This document shows, piece by piece, positions 29,766-38,798 of a stretch of 64,000 nucleotides of DNA. Below the pieces are notes generated by a model. That model made no database searches, was not told the origin of the DNA, and saw only the letters and a program-made list of their open reading frames with translations. Numbering within the stretch: position 1 is the first letter of the stretch; each line of letters starts with the position of its first letter. Made by a program: the position numbers and the translations under genes. This stretch comes from an uncultured Gemmatimonadaceae bacterium (GTDB lineage: Bacteria > Gemmatimonadota > Gemmatimonadetes > Gemmatimonadales > GWC2-71-9): positions 31,058 through 95,057 of the forward strand of contig CAZFHS010000021.1 of the NCBI GenBank assembly GCA_964518955.1, given 5' to 3'.

Positions 29766-30206
29766 CTACGCGTTCTCAGGCGGTCGATGCTGATCCGGCA
29801 ATGTCTGGGCGGGGCTCGGACCCTGGGAGACTGCTATGGGCACAATAGTCTGGGCCTCGGAGTCGATGTCGATCTCAAATCTGTACAGCCCCGGTTTCTG
29901 GAACGGCACGTCGAACGCAAGTACGGCTCCAGCCTCTACCTCGAGCACTCCGGCGGGTGGTTCCGGGAGGTTCACCTTCCCATCGCCACTGATGATCTCC
30001 TGGTCTTCTTCGTCCATCAAACGGATACGCACACCGTGTTGCCCCACCTCGGTGCGAGATCCCTTGATTCGAATCACCAGGTGTAGTCGTGGATGAATGG
30101 TTGGGAATTTCTGGACCCAGATATGTTGGAACAATCCGATAACGGATAGCTTGCCGAATTGGTCCACGAGTGCGTAATCACACACGACCGCGAAATCTAT
30201 TTTCAT
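29766..30206 (-). CDS. Conserved hypothetical protein (DUF6941-like)
   Basis: VVCDYA....GKLSVIGLF..I....FP, F..PGLYRFEI. Confidence 0.65.
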   Translation of the reverse strand: MKIDFAVVCDYALVDQFGKLSVIGLFQHIWVQKFPTIHPRLHLVIRIKGSRTEVGQHGVRIRLMDEEDQEIISGDGKVNLPEPPAGVLEVEAGAVLAFDVPFQKPGLYRFEIDIDSEAQTIVPIAVSQGPSPAQTLPDQHRPPENA

Positions 30207-30252
30207 ATGGTTTTGCTCCAAGCCCGATCCATGGGGTAGCTCGGACCGTGGC

Positions 30253-30889
30253 TCATATGAGACTACTTGGACAAAGGTCGATTAGTGAGCACTCATCACA
30301 CTTGGGAGTTCTTGCCACACATACCGCGCGCCCGTGGTGAATCAGGTAGGTGGGGCCACAAGGTCCAGTCTTTTTTCGGTACGAGCTTCATGAGATCCAG
30401 TTCGATCTTCTCGGGATCTTGGCTCCGAGTGAGTTTAAGACGATTGGAAATTCGCTTGACGTGAGTGTCGACTACGATTCCCTCGTCAACACCAAATGCA
30501 TTTCCGAGTACGACGTTGGCAGTCTTCCGCCCCACGCCGGGAAGTTTCACCAGTTCGTCCATAGAATTGGGAACCTCCCCGCCGGAACGATCGACGAGGG
30601 CCTGCGCCATGTTGATTATGGACTTGGTCTTGTTGCGGAAGAATCCGGTCGACCTAATTTGCTCCTCGAAAACCTCCGGATCTGCTGCGGCGTAGTCCTC
30701 GGCACTCTCGTACTCACGGAACAAAGTCTTCGTGACCTCGTTTACGCGCTTGTCTGTGCATTGCGCACTGAGAATCGTAGCCACGAGCAGTTCCAGGGGG
30801 TCTGCGTGCCGTAGCGAACAGCCAGCCTCGGGAAATGATTTCTTCAGTTTGCGCAACAAAGGCTTGATGCGTTTTTTCGCCGTCTTCAT
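30253..30889 (-). pseudogene. nth: Endonuclease III with a 1-bp frameshift near 30346
   Basis: LLVATILSAQCTD, LPGVGRKTANVVL, VDTHV; skipping one C at about 30346 restores [28 protein letters not shown] (C-x6-C-x2-C-x5-C) with stop at 30253. Confidence 0.85.
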
Positions 30890-30902
30890 GAATCGTTGGT
30901 CC

Positions 30903-31775
30903 TCATGCCTCGGTAAGAAAGCTCTCCGCCACCTTGGTGAATCGCTCGTGTTCTTCGAAAAACGGCATATGCCCCGACTCCTCGAATATCTCGATTTCAG
31001 CATCCAGCAACGCCGCAGTTCGTTGGGATGATGTTAGTGGAATTGGATCGTGCCGACCGTGAATCACGAGCGCCGGAATCGTGAGTTTGGAGATCTCATC
31101 CGCAAAATCGTAGTTGCCCAGACTCCGCCACACAGCCTCTCGAACCCGGTGCGAAATTTGATATGGAGCAATAGGGGGAATCCGTTCCGGATCCTTCATG
31201 TACGGCGCTAGCGACAACTCGAACACCCGTCGCCTGAAAGCCTGCGGATCGCTACTCCTCAGGTCCGTTTTGAGCAACTCCTTTTGTTGCCTCAGAATGC
31301 CTAGGTCGGTCATGCGGCGCCCCAACCGATCCAGATACTCGCTTCGCCCCTCCGCCGTTATCGACGCGGGTGTGACGAGGAGCATGCGTGAGACCCTGTC
31401 AGGCTTCTCGATAGCGAGGAGAAGGGCGAGCAACGCACCCCACGAATGCCCTACCAGCGTTGCCTCATCGATATTCCAATAATCAAGCAACCCTCGTAGG
31501 TCGCTCACATGATTCTGCCAGTCGAGAGAGACCCGAGGCGAAACGGGAGATGCGCCACAACCCCGCTGGTCGTAGTAACGGAGTCTCCTGCCGCTAGCGA
31601 GGTCATCGAAGGCTGGCAGCAACGAAGCATGGCTGGCACTGGGCCCGCCATGAATGACAACGGCCTCTCGAGGTCCATCACCGACGGACCGGGTGAACAA
31701 GTCAACTCCGTCAACCGAAACCTGTTCACTCCCGACTGTCGATGAGATCTGTCTCCTTACGGCCGTATCAGTCAA
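30903..31775 (-). CDS. Alpha/beta hydrolase (proline iminopeptidase-like)
   Basis: IHGGP, YDQRGCGAS, GHSWG, HGRHD, SGHMP. Confidence 0.88.
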   Translation of the reverse strand: MTDTAVRRQISSTVGSEQVSVDGVDLFTRSVGDGPREAVVIHGGPSASHASLLPAFDDLASGRRLRYYDQRGCGASPVSPRVSLDWQNHVSDLRGLLDYWNIDEATLVGHSWGALLALLLAIEKPDRVSRMLLVTPASITAEGRSEYLDRLGRRMTDLGILRQQKELLKTDLRSSDPQAFRRRVFELSLAPYMKDPERIPPIAPYQISHRVREAVWRSLGNYDFADEISKLTIPALVIHGRHDPIPLTSSQRTAALLDAEIEIFEESGHMPFFEEHERFTKVAESFLTEA

Positions 31776-31852
31776 AGAAACCTCTATTACAAAGTTGACC
31801 GAGCGGCCAATTTGACCACTCGGTCAGGATGTTTTTGCGTCGATCCGGTTAT

Positions 31853-33316
31853 TCAGGTCCCTTTCGCCAGATCGGCCAAAACCGCCGAGAGCAGCCTGTA
31901 AAACTGGGCAACGGTGTCAATCTTGACCCGTTCGTCAGGAGAGTGCGGAAACTCGATCTGAGGTCCCATCGAGATCATGTCCATTCCATCGAGCTTCTCT
32001 CCAATTATCCCGCATTCCAGGCCTGCGTGAATGGCCTTTATCTCCGGATCGGTGCCGAGCTCGCGCTTGTGGATCTCTTTGACGAGCTTCAGCAACGGGG
32101 AAGCTAAATTGGGTTTCCAGCCTGGATAGCTGTCTCCTTCGGCCACGTCGGCACCAACGAGTTCCGCGGTCGAGCGAATCCGTACGCGCAGCGCCTCCAG
32201 CGCTGATTCCACCGATGACCTACTGCTCAATCCGATTTCAATGGAGCCGTTCTTGGGGGTTGCTGTCGCGAGATTTGTGCTTGTCTCGACCAAGTCCGGG
32301 ATGTCGTAGCTCATCGCCATTGTGCCGTGCGGCAGGGCTGTGATGAGTCGCAGCACAGTTCCTGTGGTGGCATCGTCCCACACTTTGTCCGGAGTCGGTA
32401 CATCCTTCTGTTCCGATTTCATGTCGGGCTCTGCCGGTCGGAATTCGTCGGCGATAGTGGAGAGGGCACTCTCGAATGCACTCTTGAACGAAGTGACGTC
32501 TGCCGCGGGCACTACGACGGTTGCGAACGCCTCACGCGGAATGGCGTTGTGGGCGCTTCCTCCCTGCAATGACGCGATGTTCACAACAGAGCCCTGAAGA
32601 GTGCATGTTTGCAGCGCTCTCACGAGGAGTTTGATGGCGTTGCCGCGCTGCAAGTGGATGTCGCAACCCGAGTGACCTCCCTTGAGGCCTCGAAGCGTAA
32701 TCTCGACTCCGGCGCTGGACGGAGATGTAGCGGCTTCCTGGATATTCACGGTGATTGCGCTGTCTCCGCCGCCCGCGCAGCCCACGTAAAGAATGCCCTC
32801 CTCTTCCGAATCCAGGTTGAGGAGAATACGGGCTCGTATCATGTCGGCATCCAGGCCGGCAGCACCGGTGAGCCCGGTCTCTTCATCAACCGTGAAGAGT
32901 GCCTCGATGGGCCCATGGACGAGGTCCTTGGATTCGAGTACTGCCAGTGCCGCGGCAATACCGATCCCATTGTCCGAGCCGAGCGTGGTTCCTACCGCAG
33001 TGAGATAGTCGCCGTCGCGTTCGGGCTTGATGGAGTCTTTCTCGAAATCGTGCTCAACGTCGGAGTTCTTCTCATTGACCATATCCATGTGGTTTTGAAG
33101 AACGACCGTTGGCGCCGATTCGTGACCTGCCGAGCCGGGCTTCCGCACCACGAGGTTGCCCATCCCGTCGACCTGGTATTCGAGCCCGTTTCGTTCCGCG
33201 ATGCCTATGATGTGCTCGCGGAAAGCTGCTTCGTTACCTGACCCACGTGGGATCGTGAGTATCGTGTCGAAATGCGACCAAAGAGCCTGTGGCTCGAGAG
33301 TTTCTACGAATGTCAT
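31853..33316 (-). CDS. pepD: Aminoacyl-histidine dipeptidase (M20C)
   Basis: IPRGSGNE, HMDMV, TTLGSDNGIG, TVDEETG, NLDSEE, GGHSG, IHAGLECG, HSPDE. Confidence 0.93.
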   Translation of the reverse strand: MTFVETLEPQALWSHFDTILTIPRGSGNEAAFREHIIGIAERNGLEYQVDGMGNLVVRKPGSAGHESAPTVVLQNHMDMVNEKNSDVEHDFEKDSIKPERDGDYLTAVGTTLGSDNGIGIAAALAVLESKDLVHGPIEALFTVDEETGLTGAAGLDADMIRARILLNLDSEEEGILYVGCAGGGDSAITVNIQEAATSPSSAGVEITLRGLKGGHSGCDIHLQRGNAIKLLVRALQTCTLQGSVVNIASLQGGSAHNAIPREAFATVVVPAADVTSFKSAFESALSTIADEFRPAEPDMKSEQKDVPTPDKVWDDATTGTVLRLITALPHGTMAMSYDIPDLVETSTNLATATPKNGSIEIGLSSRSSVESALEALRVRIRSTAELVGADVAEGDSYPGWKPNLASPLLKLVKEIHKRELGTDPEIKAIHAGLECGIIGEKLDGMDMISMGPQIEFPHSPDERVKIDTVAQFYRLLSAVLADLAKGT

Positions 33317-33408
33317 TTCTGCCTCCTGTTCGCAGTCGAATTGTAAACCTTGTGACGCCGCTACACGAGAGGTGGGTCTGGCGAAAGCCCTGCGGACGAG
33401 AATCCGAT

Positions 33409-33438
33409 TTGACAGAGCTTTGTAATAGCGGCTAGAAT
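33409..33438 (+). promoter_or_regulatory. Sigma70-type promoter for the OPT gene
   Basis: TTGACA-N18-TAGAAT, 37 bp upstream of ATG 33476, in the region divergent from pepD. Confidence 0.65.
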
Positions 33439-33475
33439 TTGCGGGTTCTATCCACTCTGCTCTGGGAAGGCCGCT

Positions 33476-35437
33476 ATGGAGAACAAACCGTTCGTACCCT
33501 TTGTTCCGGCATCGAAGGACCTGCCCGAACTCACAATGAAGGCAGTGTTGCTCGGCGCAATCATGGCCGTGACACTCGGCGCCGCAAACGCCTACGTTGG
33601 GATGACCGCGGGTCTCACTGTTGCTGCGACATTCCCTGCAGCAGTGGTTGCCATGGCGGCCCTCCGAGGATTAGGCGGCTCGATCCTCGAGGAAAACATC
33701 GCCAGGACTACAGCGTCTGTAGGTGAAGCGCTCGTAGCCGGGGCAATCTTCACCATACCGGCTTTCCTAATCAGTGGCGCATGGGACGAACTCCGTTATC
33801 TGGAGAGCACCGCCATCATGTTGATTGGTGGTTTTCTAGGCGTGCTTTTCGTGATCGTGCTGCGACGCACATTGGTGGTAGAGGCCGACCTGCCGTTCCC
33901 TGAGGCGGTAGCCGCAGCAGAAATCGTGAAGGCCGGTCAGGGTGGGCAGACCGGTGCGTCTCATCTGTTCATGGCGATGGGAATCGCAGCTTTTTGGGAG
34001 TTGCTGAAGAACAGCAATGGCGTGCAATACGTGCAGGCGAGCACCCAGCGGTTCTTCGCCTTTGGCCGATCGACAATCGACATACTACAGGAACGCCTGG
34101 AGTACGTGGGAGGAATGCTGGTCGCGACACCGGCAGCCTCACCGATGCTCATGGGCGTTGGGTTCATCGTCGGCACAAAGATCTCAGCCGTGTTGTTCGC
34201 CGGAGCGGTCATGGGTTGGCTGCTCATGGTGCCGCTTGCGCTATTCTTGAATCCTGGTCTGAGCGCAACTCTCGGCCCTGACGCGGGGATGCTCGATCTG
34301 GCCAACGCGGTTTGGGCGAACCAGGTAAGACCGCTTGCGGTCGGTACGATGATCGTTGCGGCGTTCTATACGCTGTGGAATCTGAGGACTTCGCTGATTG
34401 CCGGAATCTCGAAAGCGGTGCTGAACATTGGCGCCTCTGGAGAAGCTGGTAGCGCTGATCGTACAGAAATCGACCTCGATCTCAAGAAGGTGCTAATCGG
34501 AATAGCGGTTGCTTCGGTAGCCGTATTCTTCCTTTACCTCCACTTCTCGCATTCAGTAATCGGCGCGCTGACACTCACAGTAGTGATGGTCATCATCGGC
34601 TTCCTTTTTGCGGCTGTTGCCGGCTACTTGGTTGCGCTGATCGGCAGCTCGAACAATCCCATATCGGGCCTCACGCTCAGTGCTTTGATCATTGCAGCTG
34701 TGCTGATGGTCATTCTCGGCCTGACTGATGTGCGCGGTGTGGCGGCTGTCCTCGCGGTAGCCGGCATCGTTTGCTGTGCTGCCGGCATCGCAGGCGATAT
34801 GATGCAGGACCTGAAGGTCGGTCACATCCTGGGTGGTACTCCGTACAAGATGCAGATTGGCGAAATCATCGGTGTGATCTTCGCCGCTCTGGTTCTCACT
34901 TTCCCACTCATGGCGCTGCACCGGGCATATGAAATCGGTTCGGCCGCGCTGCCCGCCCCGCAAGCTGGTCTCATGGCGCTGATGGCCCAGGGCATCGTAG
35001 CGGGGGAGATGGCCTGGCCCTTGGTTATTGCCGGTATGTTCTTGGCCGTCGGACTCATTCTGATCAATGCTCCTGCGCCAATGCTGGTGGCGGTGGGCAT
35101 GTACCTGCCGTTCGAATCCACCTCCGCGATTTTCGTTGGTGGATTGATCAAGTGGCTTTTCGATCTGCGCTTGAAGGCTTCGGGTGCCACGGAAGAGGAA
35201 TCGACTCGAGCCAACAATACCGGAATCCTGCTATCGTCGGGGTTCATTGCTGGTGAGTCGTTGATGGCGGTGGTGCTTGCGCTGCTTGTAATCGGTGGCG
35301 ACTTCATGCCTTCGTTGCTGAGCTTCCAGAGTCTGACGTTCGGCTTCGAACCAAGCCTCCTTTTGAGTGTGATCGCGTATCCGGCGGTGGCGTTCTTGTT
35401 GGCGTGGTTCACGATCAGCAAGATGCGGGAGCACTAG
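33476..35437 (+). CDS. OPT family oligopeptide transporter
   Basis: ELT.KAV.LG, ANAY.G, ENNI-like EENIART, FPEAVA, SNNPISG, DMMQDLKVG, APQAGLM. Confidence 0.95.
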   Translation: MENKPFVPFVPASKDLPELTMKAVLLGAIMAVTLGAANAYVGMTAGLTVAATFPAAVVAMAALRGLGGSILEENIARTTASVGEALVAGAIFTIPAFLISGAWDELRYLESTAIMLIGGFLGVLFVIVLRRTLVVEADLPFPEAVAAAEIVKAGQGGQTGASHLFMAMGIAAFWELLKNSNGVQYVQASTQRFFAFGRSTIDILQERLEYVGGMLVATPAASPMLMGVGFIVGTKISAVLFAGAVMGWLLMVPLALFLNPGLSATLGPDAGMLDLANAVWANQVRPLAVGTMIVAAFYTLWNLRTSLIAGISKAVLNIGASGEAGSADRTEIDLDLKKVLIGIAVASVAVFFLYLHFSHSVIGALTLTVVMVIIGFLFAAVAGYLVALIGSSNNPISGLTLSALIIAAVLMVILGLTDVRGVAAVLAVAGIVCCAAGIAGDMMQDLKVGHILGGTPYKMQIGEIIGVIFAALVLTFPLMALHRAYEIGSAALPAPQAGLMALMAQGIVAGEMAWPLVIAGMFLAVGLILINAPAPMLVAVGMYLPFESTSAIFVGGLIKWLFDLRLKASGATEEESTRANNTGILLSSGFIAGESLMAVVLALLVIGGDFMPSLLSFQSLTFGFEPSLLLSVIAYPAVAFLLAWFTISKMREH

Positions 35438-35462
35438 CAGGCATCACATACGTTGTTTCAAC

Positions 35463-35498
35463 ACGAGAGCCGCCCAACGAAAGAAGGGTGGCTCTCGT
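35463..35498. terminator. 13-bp hairpin between OPT and pqqD-like genes
   Basis: ACGAGAGCCGCCC...GGGTGGCTCTCGT with a weak T-tail. Confidence 0.45.
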
Positions 35499-35525
35499 TC
35501 GCTTTGATCTGCATCTTGGAGGCAA

Positions 35526-35918
35526 ATGGCATTCTTGCGGCGCAAGCGTCCGGATGAACTCGAGTCAGTCAATCTCCTGGAGTTAATCCCAGTGAGGATC
35601 GCCGAATGGGAAGAACGCGCGGAGCGCGTCGTGGTGATTCGTCCGACATCGTCACGAAAAGGCCTCGTGGGTCTGATCGACCGGTTTCTGTATCTGCTGT
35701 CGGCCAGGCGCATTCGACTCGACCCCATAGGAACGTTTGCTTGGGTGAATCTGGATGGAGAGCGAACCGTCGGGGAGGTTTCAGAACTGCTGCGGGCAAA
35801 GTTTGGAGAAACGGTTCATCCTGCCGAGGAGCGGCTCGGGCATCTAGTCAGAGTGTTCCGCCGCGAGGGGCTGATTGGCTATCGGGAGTGGGATGATGAG
35901 GTGATCGACTCCGTCTGA
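35526..35918 (+). CDS. Stand-alone PqqD/RRE-like protein
   Basis: RIRLDPIGTFAW..LDGERTVGEV...L...F....EERL..L......GLI winged-helix pattern. Confidence 0.8.
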   Translation: MAFLRRKRPDELESVNLLELIPVRIAEWEERAERVVVIRPTSSRKGLVGLIDRFLYLLSARRIRLDPIGTFAWVNLDGERTVGEVSELLRAKFGETVHPAEERLGHLVRVFRREGLIGYREWDDEVIDSV

Positions 35919-35921
35919 GCC

Positions 35922-36986
35922 TCAATACATCGCCCAGTTGTCGATCCACGCGTTGTTTATTGGGACGAACCCGGTCAGCGAATTCAGGGCGTTCTCAATC
36001 TCACACGCATAGTACAGATAGTCTTGGAACCACCCTCCTCCAATCGTTCCCGTCGGCGGGCTCATGCCCAACTGCTCGTTTAAACCGGTCACCGTAGTAC
36101 CACGAATGGTAGTGAACATCGTGTTCGTTATGAGTCTGCCTCCGATGAGCACGACTCCTCGCCACGAAAAGAAGAAACCGTTCACTATGAGATCACCGGT
36201 CACTACCAACAATCCGTAGCCACCGCCATCGTTGACCGTTAGATCTCCCGTGATGACCATCGAAGGATAAGAAGCGTCCCATGCACGGAAGGAATCGTAC
36301 TCGGCATCGAATTGCCCGCCGACGATGGACGGCCAGCCGATCATTGTCTCATTCGCGACTGACGAGCCTCCACCGCCGAGGTTGAGCGCGGGTACGCCCG
36401 TTATTACGTCGAAGTCCCCCGCATTGATGGGGCTCGCCCCTGTTGTGCGGACGCCAGTCTCGGCGGGAGCCGGTGACGCGCATTGATCGAAACCTCTCAC
36501 CCGCAGCGTACCTGAAGTGTTCACCGATAACCCGTTGGCCGCCGTGAACGCTCCAGTAATGGTCATTGCAGCACTCTGCCATTGAGCGAATTGAGCAACT
36601 GTACGCTGTGCTTGCGGATCGGAACCGCGCGTTGGCTCGATTAGAAAACCGGTAGATCGCACGATGTACAATTCATGTTCCATCGTGTCGGCCGGGCTCA
36701 TGACCTTGAAAGCGCGGACGTCCGCGAAACCGTGCGGTACGTTGATGCGCACGGAGTCGCCGTCGGGGGGGCGTACCTTCGGTGTTACACTGTCGTAGTA
36801 GGCCAGGTAACGGTTCAACCCACTCTGGGCTACCGCAAATGCGTCAACGGTTGCGCCACTGCTCTCAGCGATAATGCGATCCGCACGAACGCGCACGTGA
36901 GCAGAGGCTATCAACATGGTCATCACGGTGACCACTAATATCGTGAGCGGTAGAGCGAAGCCTCGTTCGTCGCGCATTGAGGGCAT
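35922..36986 (-). CDS. PilX-like minor pilin
   Basis: ERG|FALPL prepilin site without Glu5; AFAVAQSGL; VRSTG. Confidence 0.75.
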   Translation of the reverse strand: MPSMRDERGFALPLTILVVTVMTMLIASAHVRVRADRIIAESSGATVDAFAVAQSGLNRYLAYYDSVTPKVRPPDGDSVRINVPHGFADVRAFKVMSPADTMEHELYIVRSTGFLIEPTRGSDPQAQRTVAQFAQWQSAAMTITGAFTAANGLSVNTSGTLRVRGFDQCASPAPAETGVRTTGASPINAGDFDVITGVPALNLGGGGSSVANETMIGWPSIVGGQFDAEYDSFRAWDASYPSMVITGDLTVNDGGGYGLLVVTGDLIVNGFFFSWRGVVLIGGRLITNTMFTTIRGTTVTGLNEQLGMSPPTGTIGGGWFQDYLYYACEIENALNSLTGFVPINNAWIDNWAMY

Positions 36987-36988
36987 CT

Positions 36989-37804
36989 TCAATTCGCCCT
37001 ATTCAGAAACACTATCTGAATTGGCAAATCGAAGTCCGTATATGTCGATTTGCCTTGAGGGATTTCGTAACTCTCGGCTACCAGGTTCAGTTCGAGGCCA
37101 GCGACCGTGGACAGATCCGCAGGCGCCACATCGACAGGCTGAGGGTTCGAACCGACCAGAAACCGAAATCGCGTCGTTGAATCGAAGGGTGCTACGAGTT
37201 CTTCATATGCCCCGTTGTTCACGCGTCGCCAAAGTCCAATTCGCCCAGGTAGATCGGTCGAAGCGCTGAATCTGAATGTCACAGACTGGTACAGGTAGAA
37301 CATATATCCGTTTGGAGCCACGCTTGGCGGCGCAATGCCGACCCAAGTTCCATTTGGCACCCTACGGATGTTCTCGGCAACACAGGTGCCGGTGTCCGTG
37401 GTAGCCGTTACGGCAATGCCTTCCCGCACCGTGTAGTTACCCCCGGGCAGGCGGCGAGCGACGCCGAGTGGAGTTGCGGAGAAATACATTAGCGAGTCCG
37501 TCGGCATGAGAGAGGCAATCCTCCTGCCTCCAGAGACACCGCACGCGATTCCGAACGCGTAAGGCACACGCACGATCACGCTGTCGGGTGATGCCGCAAT
37601 CAGTCCGCCGTCCGATACCATGCGTAGCTCGACGCTCGTGACATTCTGTGCCGCCCGCGCTGTATTGCGTGCGGCCATCATGGAATCCTGCTGACTCACG
37701 AACCGTGCATCGCTCAGTAGGATACGGGTGAGTGCGGTCGCCACAATCGCCGTCAGCGTCATGGCTAGCAGCAATTCGATCAGAGTGAAACCGCGCGCGT
37801 TCAT
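36989..37804 (-). CDS. PilW-like minor pilin
   Basis: ARG|FTLIELLLAM class III signal; start re-called to ATG 37804. Confidence 0.8.
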   Translation of the reverse strand: MNARGFTLIELLLAMTLTAIVATALTRILLSDARFVSQQDSMMAARNTARAAQNVTSVELRMVSDGGLIAASPDSVIVRVPYAFGIACGVSGGRRIASLMPTDSLMYFSATPLGVARRLPGGNYTVREGIAVTATTDTGTCVAENIRRVPNGTWVGIAPPSVAPNGYMFYLYQSVTFRFSASTDLPGRIGLWRRVNNGAYEELVAPFDSTTRFRFLVGSNPQPVDVAPADLSTVAGLELNLVAESYEIPQGKSTYTDFDLPIQIVFLNRAN

Positions 37805-38217
37805 TCGAACCCGAAAGGGGACTCGGACCGCGTTCGCGTCCGCTCCACGGTGATGGTGTCGGGCCTCACGGTCGGCTGCAGGGCTCCTGTCGGCGATATG
37901 GTAATGCGCGCCAGGCGATATCGCGGGGTGTTCGTAACGAGGTCGACGCACCGCGTGTACTCTAACAGACCGGTGGCGAGGCTGTCGGTGCACCCCACAG
38001 ACGACGGTATGCTGTCCCACGGTAATCCGTGCAGCCAGGACGCCGCCGACTCGGATGCGGCACTTCGATACGCGACGCCTGCGGACGCACGCGTATGTCC
38101 TGCAATCTGGAACATCAGGACTCCGAGGGCGAGCACCACGACGCTCAGGATGGTGATCGCAACCACCACCTCGAGGAGCGAGAGGCCCTTCTCGTCCGAA
38201 GAATCGTTATGGGACAC
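37801..38217 (-). CDS. PilV-like minor pilin
   Basis: EKG|LSLLEVVVAITIL class III signal; start re-called to GTG 38217. Confidence 0.78.
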   Translation of the reverse strand: MSHNDSSDEKGLSLLEVVVAITILSVVVLALGVLMFQIAGHTRASAGVAYRSAASESAASWLHGLPWDSIPSSVGCTDSLATGLLEYTRCVDLVTNTPRYRLARITISPTGALQPTVRPDTITVERTRTRSESPFGFE

Positions 38218-38662
38218 TGGTAATTCGTACCTGGCCCGCACGAGTGATTCGCACGTTGCGTTGTACTGTGTTCACTCTCACTGTGTAGTCGCCGGCACTC
38301 CTGACGACTCCGTTGGGAAAGATCTCGAGCGTCGTGGGGTTCGCTTGTAGTTGATCCAAATTGAATTCGGTGTCGTTGCCCATGTACGCTTCGCGATACA
38401 CAGTCGTAGAGGCGGCGTCGCGGATCATGTATCCACGCAATGCTTCGCTAGCAATGAAAACCACAGGTCGGCGCTGGCGAGCTGCAATCATCTGTGCGTA
38501 TTGCAGGTCCGAGGCAATCATGGTCGCTGAACGCCGCACTCGCGCACGCTCAAGCGTTGGCGCCAACCTCAGTATCGCGAACGATGCCAGGATCGACGTC
38601 ACCACTAGCACCAACACTAGTTCGATGATCGTGAAGCCCCGCCGGCTGTGAAACAGTCCCAT
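38207..38662 (-). CDS. FimT/GspH-like minor pilin
   Basis: RRG|FTIIELVLVL, ASDLQYAQ..A, IFPNG, ITRAGQV. Confidence 0.82.
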   Translation of the reverse strand: MGLFHSRRGFTIIELVLVLVVTSILASFAILRLAPTLERARVRRSATMIASDLQYAQMIAARQRRPVVFIASEALRGYMIRDAASTTVYREAYMGNDTEFNLDQLQANPTTLEIFPNGVVRSAGDYTVRVNTVQRNVRITRAGQVRITSVP

Positions 38663-38720
38663 TTTAGCTCGGTTTCAGTGGTTCTTCGCCGCCTACCTCA
38701 GCCCGAACCAATCTTCTCAC

Positions 38721-38735
38721 GCAAGGGTCGGGCCA
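38721..38735 (-). promoter_or_regulatory. Sigma54 -24/-12 promoter of the pilin cluster
   Basis: Minus strand TGGCCC-GACCC-TTGC, 59 bp upstream of ATG 38662. Confidence 0.6.
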
Positions 38736-38798
38736 ATTGGCTTCAGAACCATTGGTAACAAGGATCTCAATGTCAAGCGGTGCCGTCACAGCCCCGAC

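Noticed and set aside
33376-33395. GGCGAAAGCC GNRA hairpin suggesting a c-di-GMP riboswitch
   Set aside because: The second stem and conserved GG(C)AAA/GCAAAGC junction are missing, and it lies upstream of the OPT promoter.
35526-35918. PQQ or RiPP biosynthetic cluster
   Set aside because: No pqqABCE, radical SAM, YcaO, lasso cyclase or precursor ORF nearby; asnB is 7.6 kb away and has an intact glutaminase domain, unlike lasso cyclases.
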